64,000 nucleotides of DNA from an uncultured archaeon (GTDB lineage Archaea > Thermoplasmatota > Penumbrarchaeia > JASLWR01): positions 14,955 to 78,954 of the forward strand of contig CAYSHM010000013.1 in NCBI GenBank assembly GCA_964430885.1. The letters run 5' to 3'. Made by a program: the position numbers and the translations under genes. This document shows positions 19,940-30,226 of the stretch, one piece after another. Position 1 is the first letter of the stretch. The number at the start of each line of letters is the position of its first letter. The notes under the pieces are model-generated. The model was not told where the DNA came from, did no database searches, and saw nothing but the letters and a program-made list of their open reading frames with translations.

Positions 19940-21733
19940 ATGAAGTACATCTGCGAGGTTTGCGCCTACGAACATGAAACGGAAGACGATAATTGGGCCG
20001 AATTGGAGGATGGTTTCTCCTGTCCCGTTTGCGGCTCGCCGAAAAGCTATTTCAAGGTAGTTGTAGAGAGAAAGACCGAAGAAGATGGTACTGAAACCGT
20101 ATCACAGGAGACCACCTATTTCGAGTGCACTGTATGTGCCCACAAGCACGAGGCCCAGCATGGTTTTCTGGACGATGAAGGTGAATTTACCTGTCCGGTA
20201 TGCCAGTCACCGAAGAACTACTTCACCCATTGCGAACCTGTGCTGACCAGTGTGAAGATCGATAAAGGGGATGAGGATTCTAGCTCTGGAAGCTCACAAG
20301 GAGTGATTGTGTATGAATGCGAGATCTGCGGTTATATCGTGAAAGCTGGACCTGACTGGAAGGGTCTGAAGGACGGTTTTTTATGTCCAATTTGCCAGTC
20401 CCCTAAATCCTTTTTCAAAGTGAAAAATTCTGAGTTGCCCACAATCGCCTTATCGGCATCATCAACATCACCAACACAGACCACTGCCCAAGAAGATACC
20501 GGGAAGGAAGCTACTCAGCCCATACCTGCACCTCCTACATCAACCACAGAGAAATATTTTCTCGATATTAAGATGATGGCGGATTCCGGCAGATCCATAA
20601 TCGAGCCCATGAGAACCCGTGAGAATGTGATAGGCTGGGAGGACATACTTATAAAAGGCAGCCAGCTCTACAAACTGCCCCTCCTGGAAGAGGTTTCTGT
20701 CAATACTTCCACTGTAATCGGACCAAAGGCAAAGAAACCCCTTATAATCGAAGCTCCAATATTCATTACACATATGTCATTTGGAGCGCTATCAAGGGAA
20801 GCCAAGATAGCCCTGGCCAAGGGTAGCGCAGCAGTAAAGACCGCAATGTGCTCAGGGGAAGGGGGGATTCTGGAGAAGTCCTTCGATAGTTCCTACAGAT
20901 ATATATTCGAATACGTTCCCAATCTATACGGCGTTACCGAGGAGAACCTGAAAAGGGTGGACGCTGTCGAAATAAAATTCGGTCAATCCACCAAACCCGG
21001 TATGGGAGGCCATCTGCCGGGGGAGAAGGTCACAGAGGAGATATCCGAGGTCAGGGGTTTCGCAAAGGGAAAGGATATCATCAGTTCGGCCCATTTCTCG
21101 GATATAACAAATAAAGAGGAACTCAAGGCTAAGGTTGACTGGCTCAGGGAGACCTCAGGAGGAAGGCCCATCGGCATCAAGATCGCAGCAGGCCACATCG
21201 AGAAGGACATGGGAATAGCGGTATATGCAGGTCCCGATTTCATTACCGTGGACGGAAGGCCAGGCGGGACTGGGGCATCAGCCAAATACGTAAAGGCGGC
21301 AGCATCAATGCCCACATTATTTGCCCTTCACAGAGCAAGAAAGTTCCTGGATGAGAGCGGTCATGATGATATTTCACTAATCATGACAGGGGGTTTCAGG
21401 GTGTCCCCGGATTACGCCAAGGCCCTGGCAATGGGAGCGGATGCAGTTGCCATAGGTCAGGCAGCGGTCATGGCCCTAGGATGTTTTCAGCACAGAATAT
21501 GCCATACAGGAAAATGCCGGGCGGGCATCATGACCCAGGATCTGGAATTGCGCAAAAACCTCGTTGTAGATGTGTCGGCAAAAAGGGTGGAGAATTACCT
21601 TAAGGTCTGCATCAAGGAACTAAAGGATTTCGCACGATTAACAGGCAATGATGATGTGCACTGTATGTCGATAGAGGACCTTATGACAGTCAATTCGGAG
21701 ATATCGGACCATACGGATATCGAGCACGTATAG
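19940..21733 (+). CDS. FMN-binding glutamate synthase family protein (archaeal GltB2-like) with three N-terminal rubredoxin-like domains
   Basis: Three CxxC...CPxCxSPK units; MSFGALS, SGEGG, EIKFGQSTKPGMGGHLPGEKVT, [3Fe-4S] motif CFQHRICHTGKC. Confidence 0.88.
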   Translation: MKYICEVCAYEHETEDDNWAELEDGFSCPVCGSPKSYFKVVVERKTEEDGTETVSQETTYFECTVCAHKHEAQHGFLDDEGEFTCPVCQSPKNYFTHCEPVLTSVKIDKGDEDSSSGSSQGVIVYECEICGYIVKAGPDWKGLKDGFLCPICQSPKSFFKVKNSELPTIALSASSTSPTQTTAQEDTGKEATQPIPAPPTSTTEKYFLDIKMMADSGRSIIEPMRTRENVIGWEDILIKGSQLYKLPLLEEVSVNTSTVIGPKAKKPLIIEAPIFITHMSFGALSREAKIALAKGSAAVKTAMCSGEGGILEKSFDSSYRYIFEYVPNLYGVTEENLKRVDAVEIKFGQSTKPGMGGHLPGEKVTEEISEVRGFAKGKDIISSAHFSDITNKEELKAKVDWLRETSGGRPIGIKIAAGHIEKDMGIAVYAGPDFITVDGRPGGTGASAKYVKAAASMPTLFALHRARKFLDESGHDDISLIMTGGFRVSPDYAKALAMGADAVAIGQAAVMALGCFQHRICHTGKCRAGIMTQDLELRKNLVVDVSAKRVENYLKVCIKELKDFARLTGNDDVHCMSIEDLMTVNSEISDHTDIEHV

Positions 21734-21798
21734 AAATAAAAATGGATAAACGAATCGATGTTAGAGTACGAAATATAACACAAAAAGGAGAAGATAGA

Positions 21799-22320
21799 AT
21801 GAGCAAGACCAAAGAAAACCTGAAAGCGGCCTTTGCGGGAGAATCCCAGGCCCGGAACAAGTATACCTACTATGCAGAGGTTGCGGAGAGAGAAGGATAT
21901 CATTACATTGCAAAGGTATTTTTAGAGACCGCCGAGAACGAGAAACAGCACGCCATGGACCATTTCAAGATGCTGGGAGAGCTTGGGACCACCGAGGATA
22001 ACCTCAAGGCGGCCATTAGCGGAGAGCATTACGAGACCGTGGAGATGTATCCCCAGTTCGCAAAGGATGCCCAGGAGGAAGGAGATATGCTCTCGGCAGC
22101 CCTTTTCAGAATGATCGGCAGGGTGGAGGAGCAGCACAGGGAAAGATACAAAAAATTGTTGGATATGGTTCAGAACGGCACGGTCTTCAAGAGGGACAAA
22201 CCTATCAGGTGGAAATGCGCAAAATGCGGCTACATCCACGAGGGAACAGAGCCTCCCATGAAGTGTCCCGCCTGCAAGAATCCCCGGGAGTACTACGAGC
22301 CCGATGCACTTGACCTGTAG
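21799..22320 (+). CDS. rbr: Rubrerythrin
   Basis: AFAGESQARNKY, ExxH di-iron motifs (EKQH, EEQH), C-terminal CxxCGYIH...CPAC. Start placed at ATG 21799 after an AGGAG RBS. Confidence 0.93.
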   Translation: MSKTKENLKAAFAGESQARNKYTYYAEVAEREGYHYIAKVFLETAENEKQHAMDHFKMLGELGTTEDNLKAAISGEHYETVEMYPQFAKDAQEEGDMLSAALFRMIGRVEEQHRERYKKLLDMVQNGTVFKRDKPIRWKCAKCGYIHEGTEPPMKCPACKNPREYYEPDALDL

Positions 22321-22443
22321 GAAACGAATTTTCATATTAATTAACATAATGCCCTGCGGCGCCTGTTCAAAGCTCTCTTGGTACTTTGGATAGATTAATA
22401 GAGCCAAGTTAAAAATAAAATATCCGCCTTAGCCCTCAGCAGT

Positions 22444-24663
22444 ATGAGGAAACTGACATCGAGAGCGCTGGCTGTTGCCGCAGGACATATCACTCAGAAC
22501 CGAAAAAAGTACATCATATTCGTTATTTTCTTAACTGTCGCACTGATATATCCCCTTAGGTCCATCGAGTTCAATTCAGATATGGATTCCTTTGCACCAG
22601 GGAAACCCGAGTTAAAGGCCAGGGATTATATTGAAAGCAATTTTCGGACCCAGAGAAATATCATATGTATTGCTTTGCCTGCCGAAGGTGCGATAAATGA
22701 CACGGACTTCTTACAGGATATTTGGGATGCTGAGCAATCTTTAAGAGCAGAGCTGGACGGCGTGTTCGTCTTTTCATTGGCTGATTACCTGATGGGATCA
22801 TTGGGGGCTATGAATATTTCACTGGAGAATGCCCCAGGATACACAGTGGACCTTTTGATCAACGCGGCTTCCCGGGATCAGAACGTATCCGGCACATTCA
22901 ACCAGGACTGTTTAATGATATTGGTCAGTATTATTAATTCCTCCGCCGATGAAGAGGATATGGGGATGGAGATCAGGGATCTGATGCGCGATACTGATGA
23001 TACCCGATTTTTCGTTCTGGCAGGTTTCAATCACGATCTCAATGAAGGCGCAGTAAGGAGTTTATATCTATTTCCCATCACCCTTGTTCTTATTGCGGGA
23101 ATACTATTTCTAAGCATAAGACGTTTGTTCGGAGTGGTCCTCACACTCTTGGCCATTCCCATTGTACTTGTCTGGACCTCCGGTATCTCGGCGCTCCTGG
23201 GATTGGAGTTCACAATATTCGCGTCTGCAGTTCCATTTATTGTTCTGGCACTGGGTATCGATTACGCCATACATTCAATGAACCGTTTCTCCAATGAGAG
23301 GGATGAGGGAAAGACAGGAATGCAGTCTGCCAGGAGAACTATAAAACATCTTGGAGTGGCTCTTCTTCTATCCTCCATCACAACTGTAGCCGCCTATCTG
23401 TCCAATGCCGCCTCGTCCATACCTGCAGTGGTTGACTTCGGCATAATGGTGGCCATAGGTATCACATGTTCATTCTTCGTCATGGGCCTTTTTCTTCCCA
23501 TGGTGAGCTCCTTTTTTGTCAAGAAGGGCCGGAAAAAGAAAAAACGAGACCCATTCAGAGCGGTATGGAGGAGGTTCAGTATTATAATGGCCCGCTTCTT
23601 CTCCATGAAAAGAAATGCAGTGCTGGTGATAGCCGGCGCATTGATCCTTACAGCGGTCTGGAGTTTCGGGGCCTTGAACCTTGAACGCACCTTTGAACCG
23701 GGTGAGGTCCTTCCAGAGGATTCCCCCTGGCTTGAGGCGGAGGAAATGCTGACCAAATACTTTCCCCAGAAAGCAGATCCGTACCAGGTGCTGATCCGCG
23801 GAGATATCACGTCCCGTGAGGTCCTTTCAGCCATTCAGAACGTCACCTTGGTCAACAGTGCGGAGGATTCCCCAATCTATCGTATTGGTAATTGGTCAGA
23901 CCTGGATGAAGAGGGGATCAAAAATATGTTCGATGGATTGTTCGAAAATGATCCGACCATTGGTCAGGTTCTCCACCGATCCGGTAATGAATACGATGCG
24001 GCGGTGATACGGATTCGGGCCGAGGACAGGGGAAGCATTGACCTCTCTGCCCTTGAGGGGATGGATGATGCGGACCATATTCTGACGGGACAAAAAATTA
24101 CCTATGACATAATAATCTCTGAGATATCAAACTCAATGCTCACATCATTGGTAATTTCAATTATCGTATGCGCAATAGTTGTTTCCCTTGTATTTCAGTC
24201 GCCCAGAATAGGGATCATTACCCTCTTGCCGGTGAGTATTATGACCGTTTGGCTCCTCGGCACAATGAATTTCATTGATTTCTCACTTAACATTGTTTCC
24301 ATCATTATTGTTGTTACCGCAATAGGCGTGGGTATAGACTATTCCATCCACATAACCAACAGCTTTATCACCCAAAGGGACCTGGGAAAAGAAAGAGAAA
24401 AGGCTTTATCCTATTCACTTCAAACAAGCGGTTTGTCTTTGGTAGGTGCAGCTCTTACCACATCACTGGGATTCTTTATTCTGGTGTTCTCACCCATGAG
24501 AGGGTTCAACGCTTTCGGTGTCCTGACACCTATAATGATCCTCTTCAGTTTATTGGGGGCAATCATAATCTTACCGGCCATGCTGATGCTGTCGGACCGC
24601 CTGCCCTATCTGAAGGATGTTCACAATAGTAAAATAAATAAGAATGGTAAAAATAAGAAATAG
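22444..24663 (+). CDS. RND/MMPL family transporter (HAE3-like)
   Basis: Two repeats with ALGIDYAIH and GVGIDYSIH motifs, about 12 TM helices, two extracytoplasmic loops. Confidence 0.88.
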   Translation: MRKLTSRALAVAAGHITQNRKKYIIFVIFLTVALIYPLRSIEFNSDMDSFAPGKPELKARDYIESNFRTQRNIICIALPAEGAINDTDFLQDIWDAEQSLRAELDGVFVFSLADYLMGSLGAMNISLENAPGYTVDLLINAASRDQNVSGTFNQDCLMILVSIINSSADEEDMGMEIRDLMRDTDDTRFFVLAGFNHDLNEGAVRSLYLFPITLVLIAGILFLSIRRLFGVVLTLLAIPIVLVWTSGISALLGLEFTIFASAVPFIVLALGIDYAIHSMNRFSNERDEGKTGMQSARRTIKHLGVALLLSSITTVAAYLSNAASSIPAVVDFGIMVAIGITCSFFVMGLFLPMVSSFFVKKGRKKKKRDPFRAVWRRFSIIMARFFSMKRNAVLVIAGALILTAVWSFGALNLERTFEPGEVLPEDSPWLEAEEMLTKYFPQKADPYQVLIRGDITSREVLSAIQNVTLVNSAEDSPIYRIGNWSDLDEEGIKNMFDGLFENDPTIGQVLHRSGNEYDAAVIRIRAEDRGSIDLSALEGMDDADHILTGQKITYDIIISEISNSMLTSLVISIIVCAIVVSLVFQSPRIGIITLLPVSIMTVWLLGTMNFIDFSLNIVSIIIVVTAIGVGIDYSIHITNSFITQRDLGKEREKALSYSLQTSGLSLVGAALTTSLGFFILVFSPMRGFNAFGVLTPIMILFSLLGAIIILPAMLMLSDRLPYLKDVHNSKINKNGKNKK

Positions 24664-24669
24664 ATTCCA

Positions 24670-25716
24670 TCATTTTTTCAATGCGGCCCCGCAGCCTTTA
24701 CAGTGATATTCGGTGCTCTCAACTGAAGCTTTGCAAACCGGGCATTCAATTCTATCCCCTTCAGCTCTGCTGCCACTTTTCCCTTCTCCTCCGGGTACTG
24801 CGATTATTTTCGGAATTCCATCCTCATTTTCCTCAACATGCACCTTCCACAGTTCACCCCGACTGTATATTAGCGGCAGCAGTTCAGGCGGTAGGTTCAG
24901 GGTGCCGTCCATGTTGATGAACACCTCACGGTCCTCATGAAGCTCGGTAAGGTCCATATCAACACCGTGCTGGCCGATGAACCTTCCGTCTGAGAGTTCC
25001 AGCGACCTGTCGGTGAATGAAGCGATATGTTTGGAATGGGTGACCAAAAGGCATGCGGTGTTCAGCTTCTCCCTCAGGCCAGATACTATCTCCATGACCT
25101 TTTCAGCATTCTTGTAGTCAAGACTGCCGGTGGGCTCGTCCATGAGAAGCACTGCGGGATTATTGGCTAGTGCCCTGGCGATGGCCACTCTCTGTCTTTC
25201 ACCTCCGCTTAGATGACTTGGAAGCGCTTTCATACGGTCGCTCATACCCAGAAGCTCCATAAGCTCTATTGCCCTCTTCTTTGCTTCCTTTCGTTTCATA
25301 TTTGAAAAGAGAAGCGTCTGAACTACATTTGCCAGGGCGGTTATTGTAGGGATCAGATTTCCCTCCTGGAACACATATCCTACCATCCTCCTTCGGAAAT
25401 CCGCCCTATCCTTCTCAGGTACTTTTAGAATATCGTTCCCGTTGTAGTAAACCTCCCCTGCAGAGGGTTCCTGCAGTCCTCCCAGAATACGAAGCAATGT
25501 GGACTTCCCAGCTCCTGAGGGTCCGACCACCGAAACCAGTTCACCCCGTTTGAGATCAAGACTGAGCCCTCTGAGGGCCACCACATTTGCCGCACCTTCC
25601 TTTCCCTTATAAAGGCTGTATATGTTCTTGGCTTCAAGGACCAGATCTTTTTCTTCAACTTCTTTATTATTTCCGCCCTTTTTGCATTTCCTTTTTGATT
25701 TACGCTCGCCTGCCAT
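24670..25716 (-). CDS. LolD/MacB-type ABC ATPase with C-terminal AbrB-like segment and zinc ribbon
   Basis: GPSGAGKS, LSGGERQR, DEPTG, VTH; extension EVFINMDGTLNLPPEL...CPVC...CKGCG. Confidence 0.9.
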   Translation of the reverse strand: MAGERKSKRKCKKGGNNKEVEEKDLVLEAKNIYSLYKGKEGAANVVALRGLSLDLKRGELVSVVGPSGAGKSTLLRILGGLQEPSAGEVYYNGNDILKVPEKDRADFRRRMVGYVFQEGNLIPTITALANVVQTLLFSNMKRKEAKKRAIELMELLGMSDRMKALPSHLSGGERQRVAIARALANNPAVLLMDEPTGSLDYKNAEKVMEIVSGLREKLNTACLLVTHSKHIASFTDRSLELSDGRFIGQHGVDMDLTELHEDREVFINMDGTLNLPPELLPLIYSRGELWKVHVEENEDGIPKIIAVPGGEGKSGSRAEGDRIECPVCKASVESTEYHCKGCGAALKK

Positions 25717-28700
25717 TTAGATCACCCTCGTTGAAACTGATAGGTCCTGACGCGCTGCGCTTATCGCGCTGAGAGCCACTGCCAGAAGCATGCCTATGAA
25801 AGTAGCTGCACCGATCAATATAAGCTGCAGCCACGGTATGAACACAAGTCTGTCCAGAACTCCTCTTCCCAGAAGTTCACCGATAATATTGAAGAAACCG
25901 TTCATGAGGTAGCTGAGACCTATTCCAATGGTTATGCCCAGTATCACTGATATCATCATTAGAACTGAGTTTTCGCTAATAGCTATCTTATAGACCTGCC
26001 CTCTTGAAGCTCCTATTGTCTGGAGGACCGCAAACTCCCGCTGCCGCTTCTTCATTATTATGGAGGAGAACGTGAAGGATATGGTCAGTGCGGCTATCAG
26101 AGAAGCGATGAACATCATTGTCAACAGACCGGGTATGCCCCAGTTGTTCTTGTTCCCGATATCGTTGATCTCCTTTTGAAGATCGGCCACATTTGTTACG
26201 CCCTCCACAACCTCAAGTCTGTCCCCTGTCTTTGATATGGAGCGCCCTTTGGAAGCTCCCACCAGGTATTTGGTAGATCCAATATCAGCCTCCGGATTAT
26301 CAATGGTTATGTTGTAGCGAAGGGGCAGGGTCGAGTCATCAAGAGTAATACTTCCGGTATAGAAACCGGATCCTCCTCCTCCTTCCGAACCTGAAACGCC
26401 TGATCCGCCAACGGAACCGTCGTTCAGTATAACTTCGCCGTTCTTATTGCCATGGGACCAGACGGCTTTCACAATCCCGTATCTCAAACTCTCACCCAGA
26501 CTGACATTGAAGTTATAAGCACTTCCTGCCTCAGCTGCCGGAGGGCTCAGATCGAGTATATGGTTGGGGGCCCAAATATTCCCTACATCCACCCTCTGAA
26601 GACCGCTGGAATTGGTGTTGTTATAATAATCGGTCAGATAGATCCTGTAAGTGAGGTCTGATGTGCTCATTCCGGGTTCCGTCCATCCCATCCAACCTTC
26701 CTGGGCCGGAAACAGGGAAATATTGCCTCCTTCTTCCCCATGGCTCCAGTTGACACGCACTGATGTGATTCCAGAGCTGGGATCAGCAGTTATGTTGAAT
26801 ACAAAAGGCATCCCCGCCATGGCGCTATTTAGGCTGTGGTCCGTGAATACCCTGCCGGGATCAATATTGGCCTGCATCACCTGGACCTCTCCAGGGACAC
26901 TTAGGTCATGGTCCCTCATGAGCTGCCGTATAGAGAGAACCAAGGAATGGTCAGCTATCACCGCTTCTTTGCCGATGGCTCCCGGAACATGGTCGAACCT
27001 GCCAAGAACTGCCGCCTCCAATCTCTCCGTGGTGATATTTCCTGTCACAGGGTCCAATCTGGCAGCTTTTATGGTAAGTTTATCTCCACTCCTGGCACCT
27101 ATGTCCGACGCAAAGGACCTGCCCAGATAGATACCGGGAAGTGAATCATCCCGAGCCAGCCTGTCAAGGGCGCTTTCTGCGCTTTCACCCTTGAATGAGT
27201 TCTCATGCCACTTTGCAAAACCAGCATTCTCGGCATCGATTCCGTAAAGGGTAACAGAGGCGCTGTAAATCTCAACTGTGACAGAAGGCAGGGGCATTGC
27301 CCTGTCCACACCATCTACTTCTAATAATTGTCCTGTATGATCAGTGCTGTTGGAGAATGTCAGCTGAAAATCAGCTCCTATCTGGTACTCCAGTTCCCTG
27401 ACGCTGAACCGCTCATCGGAATACCCCTGTATCACCGAAAGGGAAGCAATGGATAGTGTAAGTGCGATTATGAAAACAAGTTTTGCAACCTCTCCCCTTC
27501 TTTTCAGACCGCTCTTGATAATTGGTCCTATATCTCTGAACGTCTTTACTTTCAGCATTACCTTCTCAAGTTTCAGGGCCGCCCATTTTGCGATCACCGG
27601 GGCCGAGAAAGCTCCGCCCACCCATAGTGCGATGGTTCCCAGGAATACGAATAAAAAGGTGTCCCAACCGCTTCCAAGACTGAGTTTGTAACCCGCTATT
27701 TCATCTATATCGAAGGCCCTGTCAAGTATTACCTTCGCTGCGGATATCACTCCGAAAATCAACAGAATGATGTCGATGTTATGACGTCTGAGGAATCCTT
27801 TCTTATTCCATTTCAGCGTCTGCACTGCTTCACTCACCTGCAGATCTATGAAGGATCTTCCCCTTTTCCTAATGGATATAATGGTTATAAGACCGATTGC
27901 CAGTAAGGATATGATAAACGCAGTCATGTCGAACAAGAGAAAATCACCCAGATATTCAAAGGAGAAATTGAAGTTCATAAAACCAACCGCAGAGCTAATC
28001 ACCCAGGCGCCGATTACTGCCAAAAGATAACCCAGTACCAGCCCCAGGAACAGAAGGAGAAAGGATTCCGTCAGGACCTGTCCGAAAATCTGTTTTCCGT
28101 CAGCCCCCTGAACCTTCAGGATACCTATCTCCTTCCTTCTCTCCTCAAGGGAAAGCTCCAGACCGTATATCAGAAGGTAGATGGTGAGGACCACAACAGG
28201 AACGATGAGAACAACGTCTATGATTATGATGGCATAGCGTATGAAACTGGATATTCCCAGTATGAAACCCACATTGTTGCTTCCTCTGAGGTCTTCCCCG
28301 CTATCCCTGGTAATGTCGTTAACAAGTCTATCGATCTGCCCGCTCATGGTCTCGAGATTTCCTGTGCTGAACTCGTCCTTGTCGATCTTTACAGCCAGGG
28401 TGAACAATCCGTATTCCTGAAATTTGCTCATTAGCGTGGAGTTCGTCCCCAGCATTCCGGTTCCGAACATTATGGTCTCGGCACTCATTTCATCGTCCCA
28501 GGAAGCCTCCTCCATCTCGTATATACCGGCAATGGTAACATTCTGGAATCTGTATTCGGTTGTCTCGAAGTCTATGTAGGACAGAAGGGTGATGTTGATC
28601 CCTGGAACCACATTTCCCACATCCAGGTTCATTCGAAGGGCCATTGACCGGGGGATGACGGTCCTATTCTCTCTACCGGTAAGATCGAAACTTCCCTCTA

Positions 28701-29436
28701 AACGGTCACCCACAAGCTTATCGTAAATCGTGGTGCTCGCAAACTTATCATCTACAAATGAGGGATTGACCACCCCGTCTTCCTCTTCCCATTTTTCAAG
28801 TGTCTGTTCAAGTGTATCTCCGTCGACTCTGGTGATAAGCCGGAAATCAGGGTCTTCCCATAATGTGCTTCCTCCTCCTTTAGTGTAATATCCGTTCCCG
28901 CCTGGAACGCCTCCTGTGAAAACCACCGCAGACTCGACTCTCGGATCATTATTCACCCGAATTGCATATTCTTCAAGCAGGGTTACATTTCCCTCTTCCT
29001 CCAGACTGAAGGTCACTTCATAGGGTATTCCCCTGACCATGGAATCGTACATCTCATTCTGAAGTACATTGGTATAGATGAATATAGACGAGATGATAAG
29101 GGTTCCCAATATAATACCGCTGAGCATGGCCAAGGTCCTTCTGGGGTTCCTGAAGATGCGGATAATTGCATCCAGAAGGGAGTGAAAGGGTTCCAGAAGG
29201 GAACTTCCGGTTACAGGCATCATATTTTTTCTTCTTCTAGCCTCCACGGAGAGTGCTTTTGCCCTTACATGATTCACGATACCTATTATCAGGAAAACCG
29301 CGGCCAATATTGCAGCGATTGAGACAAAGCATGTGGCCAAACAGAAAGCCGAGGAGAGATAGATGAACAGAACAATGGCCAGGATGAACAGCAGGATGCT
29401 GCCGAAGATAGCAGACGACGCTTTCATGATATTCAC
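25717..29436 (-). CDS. Large FtsX/MacB-type ABC permease (duplicated), with inserted W-x-H-G Ig-like modules
   Basis: ERRKEIGILKVQGA and KRQREFAVLQTIGAS FtsX motifs; flanked by two ABC ATPases. Confidence 0.88.
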   Translation of the reverse strand: MNIMKASSAIFGSILLFILAIVLFIYLSSAFCLATCFVSIAAILAAVFLIIGIVNHVRAKALSVEARRRKNMMPVTGSSLLEPFHSLLDAIIRIFRNPRRTLAMLSGIILGTLIISSIFIYTNVLQNEMYDSMVRGIPYEVTFSLEEEGNVTLLEEYAIRVNNDPRVESAVVFTGGVPGGNGYYTKGGGSTLWEDPDFRLITRVDGDTLEQTLEKWEEEDGVVNPSFVDDKFASTTIYDKLVGDRLEGSFDLTGRENRTVIPRSMALRMNLDVGNVVPGINITLLSYIDFETTEYRFQNVTIAGIYEMEEASWDDEMSAETIMFGTGMLGTNSTLMSKFQEYGLFTLAVKIDKDEFSTGNLETMSGQIDRLVNDITRDSGEDLRGSNNVGFILGISSFIRYAIIIIDVVLIVPVVVLTIYLLIYGLELSLEERRKEIGILKVQGADGKQIFGQVLTESFLLLFLGLVLGYLLAVIGAWVISSAVGFMNFNFSFEYLGDFLLFDMTAFIISLLAIGLITIISIRKRGRSFIDLQVSEAVQTLKWNKKGFLRRHNIDIILLIFGVISAAKVILDRAFDIDEIAGYKLSLGSGWDTFLFVFLGTIALWVGGAFSAPVIAKWAALKLEKVMLKVKTFRDIGPIIKSGLKRRGEVAKLVFIIALTLSIASLSVIQGYSDERFSVRELEYQIGADFQLTFSNSTDHTGQLLEVDGVDRAMPLPSVTVEIYSASVTLYGIDAENAGFAKWHENSFKGESAESALDRLARDDSLPGIYLGRSFASDIGARSGDKLTIKAARLDPVTGNITTERLEAAVLGRFDHVPGAIGKEAVIADHSLVLSIRQLMRDHDLSVPGEVQVMQANIDPGRVFTDHSLNSAMAGMPFVFNITADPSSGITSVRVNWSHGEEGGNISLFPAQEGWMGWTEPGMSTSDLTYRIYLTDYYNNTNSSGLQRVDVGNIWAPNHILDLSPPAAEAGSAYNFNVSLGESLRYGIVKAVWSHGNKNGEVILNDGSVGGSGVSGSEGGGGSGFYTGSITLDDSTLPLRYNITIDNPEADIGSTKYLVGASKGRSISKTGDRLEVVEGVTNVADLQKEINDIGNKNNWGIPGLLTMMFIASLIAALTISFTFSSIIMKKRQREFAVLQTIGASRGQVYKIAISENSVLMMISVILGITIGIGLSYLMNGFFNIIGELLGRGVLDRLVFIPWLQLILIGAATFIGMLLAVALSAISAARQDLSVSTRVI

Positions 29437-30149
29437 ACCTCCCCGTCCACGGATTCTCTGAGCTTTCCATTCCTTAGAATATATATCCTTTGGGATGCCT
29501 TGGCAAGGTTCACATCATGGGTGACCATCAATACCGCTTTACCCTGGGAAGCCAGGTTCTTGAACAGCTCGATTATCTCCAATCCAGACTGGGTGTCAAG
29601 GTTTCCTGTTGGTTCATCAGCGACTATCAGGGGCGGGTCGTTCATGATGGCCCTTGCAACACAGAATCTTTGCTGCTGGCCCCCGGAGAGGCCGTCGGGA
29701 AAATGGTCTATCCTGTCTGAAAGTCCCAGCCGGTTGATTATTTTCATGGCCTTAACACGTACCTCATTGCCGGTTTCCCCCAGAAGATTGGATGGTATCA
29801 TTACATTTTCCAGTGCGGTCAGGTTGGATATCAAGTTGAAATCCTGAAAGATCCAGCCCACATCGTGCCGTCTTACCTCGGTGAGCTGTTTATGCTGCAT
29901 TCGGCTGATATCCTTGCCGTTCACCTCCACGATGCCGCTCGAGGGAGGAATCAACCCGCCGATTATGTTCAGCATTGTAGATTTCCCGCATCCCGAAGGG
30001 CCCATGAGAGTTATGAACTCTCCCATTTTGACCGCAAGGTCGATGCCTTTCAGGACACGGTTCTTTCCGCCTCCGGGTATGGAGAAATACTTTTTCAGGT
30101 TCCTGCATCTGACAAGGACCTTCTTTTTCTTTGCAGTCGACATTTCCAT
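29433..30149 (-). CDS. LolD/MacB-type ABC ATPase
   Basis: [28 protein letters not shown]. Confidence 0.93.
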   Translation of the reverse strand: MEMSTAKKKKVLVRCRNLKKYFSIPGGGKNRVLKGIDLAVKMGEFITLMGPSGCGKSTMLNIIGGLIPPSSGIVEVNGKDISRMQHKQLTEVRRHDVGWIFQDFNLISNLTALENVMIPSNLLGETGNEVRVKAMKIINRLGLSDRIDHFPDGLSGGQQQRFCVARAIMNDPPLIVADEPTGNLDTQSGLEIIELFKNLASQGKAVLMVTHDVNLAKASQRIYILRNGKLRESVDGEV

Positions 30150-30226
30150 CCACCAAAATAATTTTGTTGATAGCTCTAATATTCATAAGAACCAAGGTAA
30201 TGATCAATAGTAACGGAGTTGCGCCC

